From positions 32,001 to 96,000 of IMG/VR virus record IMGVR_UViG_3300035670_000055: a stretch of DNA of 64,000 nucleotides; one strand, 5' to 3'. This document shows, piece after piece, positions 30,166-41,291 of this stretch. Each line of letters opens with the position of its first letter. The first letter of the stretch is position 1. Under the pieces are notes generated by a model, which did no database searches, was not told the origin of the DNA, and worked only from the letters and a program-made list of their open reading frames with translations. Position numbers and translations under genes: made by a program. This DNA is from a virus.

Positions 30166-31125
30166 TTATTTTTTTATTATTAAAAATAAAAAATCAAGAT
30201 TGTCCCAAAAACAAAATTCTTTATTTGATACATTAACACTTGTTATCTCAATATATCCAATATTATCATTAGAGTTTGAAAAATCATCTAAATCTACTGA
30301 TAACTTTATGTTTATATTTTCAATATCTACATCATAAACTTTACTTCTATATATTTTCATAATCTTTAATATTATAATTTAATTAAAAGTTGAAAAATCG
30401 TTTGTGAATAATAATTGATCTTCTTTACCACAAATTTCTTCTCTTATAGAAACATAAAATGGTTCTGTTGAAGTATCATTATCTTCATAGATTTTTATAT
30501 CTTTTTTGTCCCACTCACTTTCAGGAATTTCTTCAATTTTATAATCATTGAAAACTCCTATTTCTTCAGATAAAAATGTAATAGCATCTTCTATGTTTTC
30601 AGCATAAATTGCATAAAAATAATTTTCAATTGTAATTTTAAATACTTTCATAATTTCTAATATTTATTAATTTACCATCCCAAGGAATATTATTTAAATA
30701 TAATTGTCCTTTCTTAGTTCCTAACCTAACTTCAGTTAAACCATTTAATCTGTTTCTAGTAGTTACACTATTCCAGCCTGCTGTAGTGATAAATAACTCA
30801 TTAACTTCATCTAACGTTGCGATTACATTATTAAATAATTTTAGATAAGTTTTTCCTTCTTTATTTTCTACAATCATATTAGATTTTTTAAAAGGCTTCC
30901 TATTATAGAAAGCCTTTATTGATTCTTTTGTTATTTTTCTCATTATTCTATTTTAAGATTTAATTTATCTACAATCATATAATGACAATCTGAATGGAGA
31001 ATTAAATTTCCATCTCCATCTGTCATATCTTCTGCACAATCCCAAATATTTTCATCATAATCTTTTATTAACACTTCTCCTGTAGAATAATATAAAATAA
31101 TTATTTTTTTAATATTTTCGTTCAT
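30166..31125 (-). CDS. Four small hypothetical genes (30166-30360, 30379-30651, 30638-30943, 30943-31125)
   Basis: Packed co-directional ORFs. 30638-30943 has a TAGW...TT..RLN motif common in phage proteins; the last gene probably starts at MNENIKK (31125). Confidence 0.55.
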
Positions 31126-31129
31126 AATT

Positions 31130-32248
31130 TTATAATTCAATTTTGTTATCAATAAAATACCTGTAAGGAATGAATCCTTTAAAATTGTTACACCATCCTT
31201 TTTCCCCACTGTCATCTTCAATAAACCAATATTGATTCTCTGTATTGTCCATCAATGTAACTTCATGTTTACCTTTTCTAAAAGATTCATATTCTTCATC
31301 ACTCATAGCTCTTGCACAATGTTCCATAGGTGAAGAGTGAGGTGGATCATAAGCAATTAATTTATCATGCAATTCAATCCATTTTTCATAAGATTTTACT
31401 GCTTCTCCACCAACAATAGTATAAGAAGTATGTGCTGACATTGCTGTAGAAATTTTTATAAATTCATCAACAGGTATTTCTGTCTCAGGAACATACCCCT
31501 TATTTTTAATATATAAATTTATTATTTCAATTGCAAAAGGAATATGCCATTCTCCAGGTTTTAACTGTATAGGTGTACTTTCATTCATAGCATCATAAAT
31601 CTCTTCAGCAAGAGCCATCATGTGAATTTCTGCTTGACCTTTGTTTATTTGTAACCATTTTAAATCTAATTCTTTCTTTGGAAGACCTGTTAATTTTCTT
31701 TCGTTAAAAGAATCTATAAATTCTTTCCTGCTTTTATATGATATATTTTCTTGTGTTATATCTATATATTGAGGACATCTCAAATGAAAAAAATTATTCC
31801 ATCCTTCTTTACTACCTGTAATTAACATAGTAGTCCACATGAAAGGTTCAAGAAGTCTATTTGCTAATTGTTTAGTTATTAAAGAATCTTCATATAAATG
31901 TTTAGCTTGTTCCACAGCAAAATCTCTCGCTCTTAACCAATTTCTTTCTGCTCTGGCTTTATAATTTATATCTCCAACATTACCTTCTCCTGTATGGTAT
32001 TCGTTTCCTTGCATTCCTGAATGATGTTTTTGCCAAGCAATAGGAATAAAAGGATTGTTTTGTACAGCTTCTACCATTTTTTTAAATGGAATTGCTCTTG
32101 ATGATGAAGTATTTTTAGAAAGCATTCTATGAGTATTAATTTCTGCAAGGATAATTCTTGGGAAAGTAATAAGTAAAGAAGTAAGTCTATTACCTCTTGA
32201 ATCTAAGGAATCTGCTACTACTTCTGCAGATATTTTGGTTTTATTCAT
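31130..32248 (-). CDS. thyX: FAD-dependent thymidylate synthase
   Basis: FPRIILAEINTHRMLSKNTSSSRAIP; KQLANRLLEPF; NFFHLR; H.SP.EH. Confidence 0.85.
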   Translation of the reverse strand: MNKTKISAEVVADSLDSRGNRLTSLLITFPRIILAEINTHRMLSKNTSSSRAIPFKKMVEAVQNNPFIPIAWQKHHSGMQGNEYHTGEGNVGDINYKARAERNWLRARDFAVEQAKHLYEDSLITKQLANRLLEPFMWTTMLITGSKEGWNNFFHLRCPQYIDITQENISYKSRKEFIDSFNERKLTGLPKKELDLKWLQINKGQAEIHMMALAEEIYDAMNESTPIQLKPGEWHIPFAIEIINLYIKNKGYVPETEIPVDEFIKISTAMSAHTSYTIVGGEAVKSYEKWIELHDKLIAYDPPHSSPMEHCARAMSDEEYESFRKGKHEVTLMDNTENQYWFIEDDSGEKGWCNNFKGFIPYRYFIDNKIEL

Positions 32249-32253
32249 TATTT

Positions 32254-32904
32254 TTAAATTTCTAATATGTTACCATTACTTGTTAATGTTTTTATTTTAT
32301 TAATTTTATCAATTTTTCTCTGTAACCCTACATTTAAAGAATTACCTAAAAAATTAATAAAAATATTACAATCTTTTTTTGACGACATTCTTAATACAGA
32401 ATAGGAATTAACAGAATTTACTTTTTTTATTTTATAATTTATATTTAAGCTATTAAATAAATTATCAATTCCAAAATAATTCTGATTAACTGATGAAGAT
32501 AAACTTATTTGTCTTATCGACCTTTTTTCATTTATATAATAACAACCATCTCCATCAAATAATCCTTTAATGAAAAAATTAATAGTTTTTTCATTAAAGT
32601 TAGATAGTATTTTATTAAATCCTTTTTCTTTCCTATTTAAAAAGTCATTTTCTATTAAAAATGAAATAAAATTTTTATCAGAATAACCAAAAGTAGCTTG
32701 TGGTTGTCTATTATTTCTTTGTCTTTTAGTTGAAAAAAGATGTATTCCTATATTATTGAATAAATAATATATTTCATTAAAATCTTTTTCAGTTATTTCA
32801 GTATTTACTCTTTCATGCTTCCCATCTCTACAATTTAAATATCCATCAGCCCATATAAAACCTAATACGTACGCTGTATTTGTACAATTTTTATTAAAAG
32901 TAAA
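32254..32904 (-). pseudogene. Free-standing double-motif LAGLIDADG endonuclease lacking a start codon (missed by ORF track)
   Basis: Uninterrupted 216-codon frame containing AYVLGFIWADG and FFIKGLFDGDG; in-frame TGA at 32905-32907 and no N-terminal ATG. Confidence 0.85.
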
Positions 32905-32974
32905 TCAGATTTTCTTATAGTTATTTTTTTAATTATGTAAAGGTACGAATAAAAATGAGAAACCCTAATTTAAA

Positions 32975-33673
32975 TCAATATATTTTAACATTTTGATTGT
33001 CATCAATTTCAAAAATATTTCCATTTGAATATAATTTTCCAAATTCTCCGTCTTTAACTACAGTTCCATTTGAAAAATAAATATTATTTTGATACAAAAC
33101 TCCATTATTTTGAATATCTTTGTTTGAATGAATATGACCGAAGCATACTAATTTTGGTTTTAATTCTTTCACCATATTTAATAAACTTTTATCGCCACAT
33201 TGGTCTATTTCTCTATTTCTATTATATGATTTGTCAAGAATACCTTTAGGTGGACCATGTGTAACAAGAATATCTGCATAAATTGGTTTTACTTCTCTCC
33301 AATATCTATTAAGCTTTTCTGGAGTTTTCATAAAAGCCCAATTACCATATTTAGGAACATAAGGATTTCCATAAATATATAATCCTTCTATTTCTACAAT
33401 ATCATCTTCCAGATATATAATTCCTGCTTCTTCAAAATCTTTTTTTGTGACAAGTCTTTTTTCTATTGATGTATCATGATTTCCTGCTACATAAATCTTA
33501 TATTTAACAGGAATATTCTTATACCATTCTATAAATTGTCTTACTTCATTTTCATTCAAATAAGGATTTATATTATTGCTACAATCTCCAGAATGAATAA
33601 TCATATCTATGCCTGGAGGAATTTCTAATTGTTCGTGATAACCATGTGTATCACTTATATGTAAAAATATCAT
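32975..33673 (-). CDS. Metallophosphoesterase (calcineurin-like)
   Basis: ISDTH, HSGD, AGNHD, VTHGPP, FGHIH. Confidence 0.92.
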   Translation of the reverse strand: MIFLHISDTHGYHEQLEIPPGIDMIIHSGDCSNNINPYLNENEVRQFIEWYKNIPVKYKIYVAGNHDTSIEKRLVTKKDFEEAGIIYLEDDIVEIEGLYIYGNPYVPKYGNWAFMKTPEKLNRYWREVKPIYADILVTHGPPKGILDKSYNRNREIDQCGDKSLLNMVKELKPKLVCFGHIHSNKDIQNNGVLYQNNIYFSNGTVVKDGEFGKLYSNGNIFEIDDNQNVKIY

Positions 33674-33674
33674 A

Positions 33675-34010
33675 TTAATTAAAAAATTTTTTTATAAATT
33701 CAAATTTAAAATCTACCACTTCATCTAAATCTTTAGACTGAAATATATGAATATTTCTATTTTTTATTATTAAAGTAAACATAAATGCTTTATCTCTTCT
33801 ATTTATACTTATTCCTTTTGGTAAAAACTGTGTATTTTTAGAAAAGAAATTAAAGTTTAATTCATTTATATAATTATCTGCTTCATTTTTTTCTTTGAAG
33901 TATTTTACATTTTCTTTTTCTTGAGTAAAAGGATTCCAAAAATAACAATAATATATATTTTGCTGTTTATTAAATGTTACTCCTCCATATTTTGTATTTT
34001 TTGTTTTCAT
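33675..34010 (-). CDS. Small protein with two AP2-like DNA-binding repeats
   Basis: KYGGVTFNKQ...YF.....A and LPKGISINRRDKAF...I. Confidence 0.45.
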   Translation of the reverse strand: MKTKNTKYGGVTFNKQQNIYYCYFWNPFTQEKENVKYFKEKNEADNYINELNFNFFSKNTQFLPKGISINRRDKAFMFTLIIKNRNIHIFQSKDLDEVVDFKFEFIKKFFN

Positions 34011-34813
34011 ATTAATTTTTCTTTAATTAAAATTTCTCTAACTTTTTTAATAAGTGATTCAATATCAGAATCATTGTCCACGACATAATCAAATTCTGAT
34101 TTATCAAGGGCAGTTTCTGAATAGTGCTCTCCTGATTTACTAACTGGACAACTCATTTTATGATAACCACTTCCTCCACATATATCACATGGTCTATTAA
34201 CTCTAATAGTAATACCACTTTTTTTCTTTACAGCTTCTAATTCATTAGGAAATCTCATATCTGTAATAATCCAATTAGGATATTTAGATTCTACTTCACA
34301 CATAGTTTTAAATCCTTCACTTTGTTTATGTGAGGTATTACATAAACAATTACCAATACCATTTACCCATGCTTGTGTATAATGTTCACATAAATTAGGT
34401 GAAGGTTTATACTCACTCATTAAACTATTAACCCAAATTTCAGGATGTAATTGATTTCTGAATAAATTTGTCCCAATAAATTGTAATAAAAACCTTGGTG
34501 TAGGTTTTATTAATTCTAATCCTTCATATGATTTTAATTCTTTTTTTGTAGTAGTTAAATAATCAAGAATAATTGGTGAATATCCTCCATCTCGTTCCAT
34601 ATACCAATACCACCATTCTTCTCCTAATTCTTTAGATTTAAAACTTTCGTTTTCTAATTGCTCTCTAGTACAACCTATAAGTATACAAATTATATCTTTT
34701 AATTTATCTGCAAAACATTTTTCTTCATATTTATTATTTGTTAATTGATTAATTATTTTTGCAATAGCATTTTTACCACTTTGTTTTTTCCCACTAATCG
34801 CCAGTATACTCAT
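34007..34813 (-). CDS. Deoxynucleoside monophosphate kinase
   Basis: ISGKKQSGK; FADKLK; PRFLLQFIGT; IITDMRFPNE; H.SE. Confidence 0.88.
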   Translation of the reverse strand: MSILAISGKKQSGKNAIAKIINQLTNNKYEEKCFADKLKDIICILIGCTREQLENESFKSKELGEEWWYWYMERDGGYSPIILDYLTTTKKELKSYEGLELIKPTPRFLLQFIGTNLFRNQLHPEIWVNSLMSEYKPSPNLCEHYTQAWVNGIGNCLCNTSHKQSEGFKTMCEVESKYPNWIITDMRFPNELEAVKKKSGITIRVNRPCDICGGSGYHKMSCPVSKSGEHYSETALDKSEFDYVVDNDSDIESLIKKVREILIKEKLI

Positions 34814-34815
34814 AT

Positions 34816-35127
34816 TTATTCTGCATTATCTATTAACCATTGTAAAGCTTTTTTCCAATCTTTTTGATGAAATACTTCTATTTTCCATCCTAAATCCAAG
34901 TAACGTTCTACGACACTTTTAATTGATTTAAAACTATTATAACTATTACTTTGTGTAAATAAATCATTTATTGAAGTAAATTTAAAATTTCGTGTATCAA
35001 ATTTTTCATTTGTTAATATAATAGGTTTTTTTCTATAGTTATGTCCTACTATTAAATGTTTATTAGTTATTTTATTAGTTAAAATAACATTTCTATCATT
35101 GTCTGTTTTTTCAAAAACTGGTTTCAT
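34816..35127 (-). CDS. Hypothetical protein
   Basis: 103-aa ORF in the operon. Confidence 0.55.
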   Translation of the reverse strand: MKPVFEKTDNDRNVILTNKITNKHLIVGHNYRKKPIILTNEKFDTRNFKFTSINDLFTQSNSYNSFKSIKSVVERYLDLGWKIEVFHQKDWKKALQWLIDNAE

Positions 35128-35484
35128 ATTTAATTTATTTTTATTCTTTTACTAAATTTATTTGTTGCAACATATTCATTAAAATAACAATCTGTCCAAT
35201 AATATAATAATTCTTTTTTTATTGGATCATATATTACTATTCCAGATTTAACCATTGTTAATCTACTTATTATATTTTTTATCATCAATTATAAATTTTA
35301 TGTACAACTCTTAATAATTTTCTTGTTTTCTTTCTACCAAACTTTTTTACTAAACATTTTATTGATATTGTTGTATTATCAATATAATCTTTTAATAATT
35401 CTGTTTCTTCTTTATTTAATATCACCATTTCTTTTTATTTTTAATTGTTCTTTTTCTTGTTTAGTTTATAAATTTAAAATTTAA

Positions 35485-36078
35485 TTATTCTTTAGAACGT
35501 ATTTTTTGAGCAAGAGTACATCTTCTTAATCCAAAATGACTAGCTGCTTTTGTAATAGATTTAAAAATCTCGTTAGAAGGAATATGTAAAACTTTTAGTG
35601 GTTTATTATCATGATTTTTTCCTAAGTTCTTTCCTGTTTTAGAAGCACTAATTTTTAATCCAACTTCTTTAGGTACAACTTTACCTAATTGAGCTAAACT
35701 TATTTTCTTTTTAGTTTCTTCTGAATGTTTTTTACCTTTCATAAATTCTGACTGTTTTAACTTTGCCTCTTCTGTTTGTTTATAACCAAATGTTCCTTCT
35801 CCACCGTCTGTAATATTAGCAAGACATCCTGTCTTATTTTTAATCTTACCATAATGTGCTATTAATTCTATTTCTTTTTCTTTTATAAAGTTAATATCTT
35901 GAGACTCATAAAGAATTTCATATTTGAAAGGTGTTTTTGAGACAATATTTTTCCATATAGAATTTCTTTTGTCTTTTTGAGCAGCTCTTTTGTATTTATG
36001 TTTTTTATTATGTCTAGATATTCCTATATAAAATACAGAATTTGTATCTAATCTGATATGTTGATAAATGTAGTACAT
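35485..36078 (-). CDS. GIY-YIG homing endonuclease with NUMOD3 repeats
   Basis: YIYQH.......FYIG; E.ELI..Y; LANITDGGEG; GKKHSEETKKKIS. Own promoter TACTTTTA (36100-36107) plus TTTG (36128-36131), 20-nt spacer. Confidence 0.88.
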   Translation of the reverse strand: MYYIYQHIRLDTNSVFYIGISRHNKKHKYKRAAQKDKRNSIWKNIVSKTPFKYEILYESQDINFIKEKEIELIAHYGKIKNKTGCLANITDGGEGTFGYKQTEEAKLKQSEFMKGKKHSEETKKKISLAQLGKVVPKEVGLKISASKTGKNLGKNHDNKPLKVLHIPSNEIFKSITKAASHFGLRRCTLAQKIRSKE

Positions 36079-36131
36079 AGATAATAATTTTATTTGTTGT
36101 AAAAGTAGATCATATTTATCTAAATACCAAA

Positions 36132-36533
36132 TTATTTTAATATTTTTCTGTTAGAATTTTCTATTTTTGTTTTACTATTATGACAACCAGTGCAAAGACA
36201 TTGTAAATTATCAACTTCACAAAATAAGTTTTCTACAAATGTTGATAAATCTGCTGCACAAGTAAGAGTCCCAACGGGCTTCACATGATCAACATTGATT
36301 TGCTTATCTGGAAACCATTTTTTACATTTATTACATTGATATTCAAATTTTTGTCTTTTATTAGCTCCTTTATAAGGTCTTTTAGCGTTTTGTTTACATT
36401 GTGTAATAGGTTTCCACCATCTACTTTTTTGTCTTAATGTACTTCGTATAAATGCCCAAAATGCAGATTCTGACATAGTTCCTGCATTTCTAGTTTTAAT
36501 AACTTTAGACTTTCTAACGGATCTTTCTTTCAT
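36132..36533 (-). CDS. HNH endonuclease
   Basis: YQCNKC...VDHVKP...NLQCLCTGCH..KT. Confidence 0.8.
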   Translation of the reverse strand: MKERSVRKSKVIKTRNAGTMSESAFWAFIRSTLRQKSRWWKPITQCKQNAKRPYKGANKRQKFEYQCNKCKKWFPDKQINVDHVKPVGTLTCAADLSTFVENLFCEVDNLQCLCTGCHNSKTKIENSNRKILK

Positions 36534-36966
36534 TATATTCTAATTTATATTTACCATAAACTTTTTTCCATATTTTAGCTTTTCCTTTTTCAAATTTTTT
36601 TCTTTTTTCAGGAATATTAAAAAATATTTCTTGTAAAACCTCTTTAAATTTTTCTGCAGAAAAATCAGTTTCTATAGGCTGTTTTCTAATACTATAACTA
36701 AAAATTCCTTCTCCAGGTAATATGTTAATGTGTTTTTCTTCTTTAGGATAAATTTCTTCATTTAATTTACCAATAAGAGCCTGATATTCATCATGAACTT
36801 GTTGAGGAATAGAATTATATTTGTTTTCCCAAGGAAAATATGTAGGATATTTTTTAATAGTGTTATTTATTCTATTATATTGTTCTAGTCCACAATAAAA
36901 TGTTCCATAACCTGATGTAGCAATCATTGCTTCAATGACTTCAGGAGGTAAGTTCTTTAAATCCAT
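36514..36966 (-). CDS. Hypothetical protein
   Basis: 150-aa ORF. Confidence 0.55.
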   Translation of the reverse strand: MDLKNLPPEVIEAMIATSGYGTFYCGLEQYNRINNTIKKYPTYFPWENKYNSIPQQVHDEYQALIGKLNEEIYPKEEKHINILPGEGIFSYSIRKQPIETDFSAEKFKEVLQEIFFNIPEKRKKFEKGKAKIWKKVYGKYKLEYNERKIR

Positions 36967-36988
36967 AATTATTCAAAATTACTTAAAG

Positions 36989-37014
36989 TTCTCCCTATAT
37001 TTCTATAGGGAGAA
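36989..37014. terminator. Intrinsic terminator-like hairpin after rIIB
   Basis: ttctccctata-tttc-tatagggagaa. Confidence 0.7.
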
Positions 37015-37023
37015 ATATTAATA

Positions 37024-38403
37024 TTAATTTAAATCTACTACTCTGTTATTAATAACATTTGACATTTCTTCTAATGAATTTATAATTCTAGAAAGTTCTT
37101 TAGAAGATAATGTAGGTAATGTAAATGTATGACGTTTTACTTCCTCTGTAAAACCATTTTTTACATGTTCTTCAATGTCTTCAAAACATTTCTCATTATA
37201 TACATCTCCTAATTCTAATACATTAAAGTCTTCTTCATCAAGAATATATTTTTCATTCTCTGGTAATGTCATTGCAAAAAACCAACGAGAAGTTCTTAGT
37301 TTACTAACTTCATTAATTGGGGCGGCTAGCACATCCATAGGATTCACAATAGCTAATACAGGAACATCTCCAAATCCACTATAATCATATTCACTACTAC
37401 AAATATGTAATCCTTTTCCACAATTTACAGTATTATCATCATCTCCTTCATCTCTAGGAATACTAGCAATTTGCCCTACACGATAATCCATTTTTCCTGT
37501 ATGTGCATCTGTATATCTATTTTCTTGTATATTAGGAAGATTTAAATATAAATATTCTAAATCACCAAGACAAATGTATTCTGTATCTTCTACATTAAAA
37601 TCAGATTGCTTAAGCTCATATTTATTACTATCTGGAATAGTTATTACTCTAAATTTCTTAGGAGATTTTTTCCAAACAGCTTTGATTTTATTATAAGCAT
37701 TAGAAATAAAATCTACTAATTCTTTAGAATCATTTCCTACTGTTTTCACTCTTCTATAAGCATAAAAATTACCATGTCTATCAATCTTCATGTTATGTTT
37801 TTCTAAAAATCCATATAAATCTTCTGCGCTTTGAGCACTAGGATTTAAACAACACCACATAAAGAACTTTTTATGAGAAAGATATTCTTCATCCTTATTT
37901 AACTTTTCTTGTAAAGATTCTTCTGAAAATACTTTATCTACTCTTGTTATAATTTCAATAAATTTTTTAACTAATAAATCAGGAAGACTTCTATTTGTTC
38001 CAGATAAATACACTGTGTTTCCTTCTGTATAAAAATCATCCAAATATTTAAATAGTTCAAATCCTTCAGAATACATTTCTATATCTTCTCTGGTTAATTG
38101 TTCTGTTACTTTTTCTTCTTGAATATTTACATCTTTTACTATTCTTAAAATTTCACTTTCACTCGTAGCAAGTTTTATTTCTTGTACATCATTTTCTGTT
38201 GCATTAGATTTACTAATGATAGAGCCATCTTGTAATACAACAGTTAAATTATTATTTACTAAAGAAAGCATTTTATATAATTTTTTACTTTCTTTAAGTT
38301 GTAAATTTAATAATTCTAACTCTTTTTCTTTTTTTTCTAATTCTAATTTTTCTAATTTTTCTTGGTTATTACTTCTAAACCATTTTAAGCTAAATAAGTT
38401 CAT
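37024..38403 (-). CDS. rIIB: RIIB-like protein
   Basis: LNPS....EDLYGFL...G.F.AYR.V; TD.HT...G....PR...DD...C..GLH...VNP.DV; follows rIIA. Confidence 0.82.
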   Translation of the reverse strand: MNLFSLKWFRSNNQEKLEKLELEKKEKELELLNLQLKESKKLYKMLSLVNNNLTVVLQDGSIISKSNATENDVQEIKLATSESEILRIVKDVNIQEEKVTEQLTREDIEMYSEGFELFKYLDDFYTEGNTVYLSGTNRSLPDLLVKKFIEIITRVDKVFSEESLQEKLNKDEEYLSHKKFFMWCCLNPSAQSAEDLYGFLEKHNMKIDRHGNFYAYRRVKTVGNDSKELVDFISNAYNKIKAVWKKSPKKFRVITIPDSNKYELKQSDFNVEDTEYICLGDLEYLYLNLPNIQENRYTDAHTGKMDYRVGQIASIPRDEGDDDNTVNCGKGLHICSSEYDYSGFGDVPVLAIVNPMDVLAAPINEVSKLRTSRWFFAMTLPENEKYILDEEDFNVLELGDVYNEKCFEDIEEHVKNGFTEEVKRHTFTLPTLSSKELSRIINSLEEMSNVINNRVVDLN

Positions 38404-38440
38404 TGTTTTAATTTTTTATTGTTAATTTAATAGTAGAAAA

Positions 38441-38462
38441 GAAAGGGAAATTAATCCCTTTC
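38441..38462 (-). terminator. Hairpin between rIIA and rIIB
   Basis: gaaaggga-aattaa-tccctttc with a U-tract on the - strand. Confidence 0.55.
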
Positions 38463-40733
38463 TTAAATTAATTGTTCTAATGTTTCTTCTGTTATTTTTT
38501 CAGAATTGTATTGATTTAAATTTAATTTAATTTTATTATATTTAAATAAATCTCTAAATACAGAAATTAATTGCGAATTATCTCCATAAGTAAACTGTTT
38601 TGATAAATAATTAATGAATGTATGTTTTTCTAATAATTCATTCATTTTTACATATTTATTGTAAATAGAATAATCAAATAAATTATGTTCTTTTGCTACA
38701 GAATACATAGCATCTAATACTTCTGAACTTAAATATTGATAAATATTTTTTCTTCTATAATTTTGTAATTCATTTAATGTTTGTTGAAATTCAGTAGATA
38801 ATTCACTAAATTTATAACTATTATTAAACAAATTATTGTTTTTGCTAATTAATTGAGAAATTAAATTAGCTGTAATTATTCTTTTAAATGGTGCGTTATT
38901 TCCTTCCATAAATTTATCATAAGACATTAAATTGTGAATATTTAAAGTTTCTATTATTTGAAATTCTTTTTTTGAAAATGTAATTAATTTAATATTATTT
39001 TTTGAAGTTATTGGAAATAATTTATCTAATTTATGTCTATTTTCATATTCTTCATAAATAAATAGTCCTGGATTTTTGTAAACCTCATTTAATTTTAAAA
39101 TGAAAGGTTCAAATTTACAATTTTTTCCATATACATCTCTTAATAGATTAGTTGCAATTTTACAAGAAACTTCTCCTTCTAATTTATTTGCTCTAACAGA
39201 AACAACATTAGTTTTTACTCTTTGTTTTTTTCTTGCATCTAGCCATTCTTTAGGAATTTCTGGATTATAATAATCTTTTGAAATATATTCTTCTAATTTT
39301 TGTTTTAACAATTGAAATTCTTTAATATGAGTTCTCCAATCTTCTCTAGGAACACTTTTTAAATTTAAAATATTATAATAAGTATTTAATGTTCCAGAAA
39401 ATGTATTACTATATTCTCTATTAGGAAACAATTTAAAACTTTTTGTTTTCTTTATAAAATATATTTGTTTATAATTAGAAGAACTTTCTCTAATGTAATC
39501 TTTTAAATTTTTAGGAAAACTATCAATTACATACAATTGTTTACCAAACAATCTACTTAAATAAATAGTTTCATTATATTTAGATTGTGAAATTCTATTA
39601 TTATATAATGTATACTTAACTTCCCAATCTCTAAATAAAGAATCGTTTATAATTTTAAATAAATGTCTTAAATTAATGTTTTCAATTCCTTCTACAGATG
39701 GTTCTTTTACTTTTTCTTTAGAATAAATTATTAAGCCTTCTATTGAATATTTTGAACCATTTAATTCTATAGATTTATTATATCCTTGATAATAATCATA
39801 AATAAGCTTTAAATTATTCATTTCAGATATTTGAGAATTGTATAGCTTAATTATTTCTGTTGCTACTAATTCTATTTTATCTAAAATTATTTTTTTAGTC
39901 TCTTCAGTATATCTAATTGCTTCTCTATTTGGAGTTGGAAATAATCCATCAGATAATCCAAATCTTAATCCTATAGGAAAAGAAATTGATTTAATTCCTA
40001 ATTTAGCAAAATCAATAGGATAATACACATCATCTAAACAAATGTGTAAATAATTATCTGTAGAAATATTAGATAATTGATAATGCTCATTTCTAAGAAT
40101 TTTAAAAGAGTTATCTATATCAGGAACATTAAAGTACACATTTTGAAAATATGCTAATTGCTCTTTAATTTTATTTTTAAAACTATAATGATCAGAATAT
40201 TTAACAGGAACAATAACTTTAACACCATTTTCTTCTGTAGTTTCAGATTCATATAATAAATCTATAGTGTTTACATCTTCTCCTTCATACATCATATATT
40301 TTCTTTCAATTCCATTTTTTCTAGCTATAAAATAAAATGTAGAAGAATATGCTAATGGTGCTTTGAATCCTAAACCAAACATTCCCAATTCATTATTACT
40401 CATTCTTTTAGTAGATTTACCATATTTGGAAATAATATTCTCTACATCATCTGCATCTAAACCAAGACCAAAATCTTCAACAGAAAACTCATAATTTCCA
40501 TTTACATTTTCTAGAGACACAATAATTGGTTTATCTACTCCTGCTCTTCTATGAGAATCTAATGCGTTACTAGCAGTTTCTCTAATTGTAGAACCTATAG
40601 AATCTGAATAAAGATTTTTACTTAACATCTGCATTAAAATTTGTGCAGAATCTAAGTCTAGAGTCATTCCGATTGATTGTTGTGTTTCTCCTTCAAATAA
40701 TACATTTGCTTCTTTTTGTTTTTGTAATATCAT
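38463..40733 (-). CDS. rIIA: RIIA-like protein (N-terminal GHKL ATPase)
   Basis: LSKNLYS...IRE..SNALDSH; VEDFGLGL; YGKSTKR.SN..LG.FGLG.K. Confidence 0.88.
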   Translation of the reverse strand: MILQKQKEANVLFEGETQQSIGMTLDLDSAQILMQMLSKNLYSDSIGSTIRETASNALDSHRRAGVDKPIIVSLENVNGNYEFSVEDFGLGLDADDVENIISKYGKSTKRMSNNELGMFGLGFKAPLAYSSTFYFIARKNGIERKYMMYEGEDVNTIDLLYESETTEENGVKVIVPVKYSDHYSFKNKIKEQLAYFQNVYFNVPDIDNSFKILRNEHYQLSNISTDNYLHICLDDVYYPIDFAKLGIKSISFPIGLRFGLSDGLFPTPNREAIRYTEETKKIILDKIELVATEIIKLYNSQISEMNNLKLIYDYYQGYNKSIELNGSKYSIEGLIIYSKEKVKEPSVEGIENINLRHLFKIINDSLFRDWEVKYTLYNNRISQSKYNETIYLSRLFGKQLYVIDSFPKNLKDYIRESSSNYKQIYFIKKTKSFKLFPNREYSNTFSGTLNTYYNILNLKSVPREDWRTHIKEFQLLKQKLEEYISKDYYNPEIPKEWLDARKKQRVKTNVVSVRANKLEGEVSCKIATNLLRDVYGKNCKFEPFILKLNEVYKNPGLFIYEEYENRHKLDKLFPITSKNNIKLITFSKKEFQIIETLNIHNLMSYDKFMEGNNAPFKRIITANLISQLISKNNNLFNNSYKFSELSTEFQQTLNELQNYRRKNIYQYLSSEVLDAMYSVAKEHNLFDYSIYNKYVKMNELLEKHTFINYLSKQFTYGDNSQLISVFRDLFKYNKIKLNLNQYNSEKITEETLEQLI

Positions 40734-40744
40734 GTCTTCTAAGT

Positions 40745-41276
40745 TTAATAAAGTGATTCAATTAATTCTTCTTTTGTTGTAAATATTTGTTCTTCATAAA
40801 ATTTTGGACTGTTTCCATTATATCCATTTATAGTATACGCATCCTTGTATCTAAAACTTTTCCCTACTGAACCAGGAATAACTACATCAATAATACATTT
40901 TATAGGTTTATTATCAATCATTATCCATACAGTTTGTCCTGGATTAAATTTTGTTTCTATTTTCATAATATAAAATTTAATTATTTTCTCTTTTTACTAA
41001 TAATATATCTCTGTTATTTAAATCCTGATAAACAATTGAATCATGTTTAGTTACATCTGTTTCAAAAATATTTATATTCATTTTTTTGCCCCATTTAGAC
41101 ACATGATGTTCTTGTTTTATAGAACATTTTACATTTGTATAATAATTTCCCCAATTATTTGTTTTTACTTTAGGAAGTTTTATTACTTTTAAATATTTCA
41201 AATTAGAATAAGAGGAGATGATTATTTCATCTCCTATTTCTAATTCACTAACTTTAATTAATTTTAGTTCATTCAT
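40745..41276 (-). CDS. Two small hypothetical genes (40745-40966, 40977-41276)
   Basis: Packed ORFs; the first has the common MKIETKFN.G..VW...F.TKEEL..SL pattern. Confidence 0.6.
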
Positions 41277-41291
41277 AATTATTATTAATTA

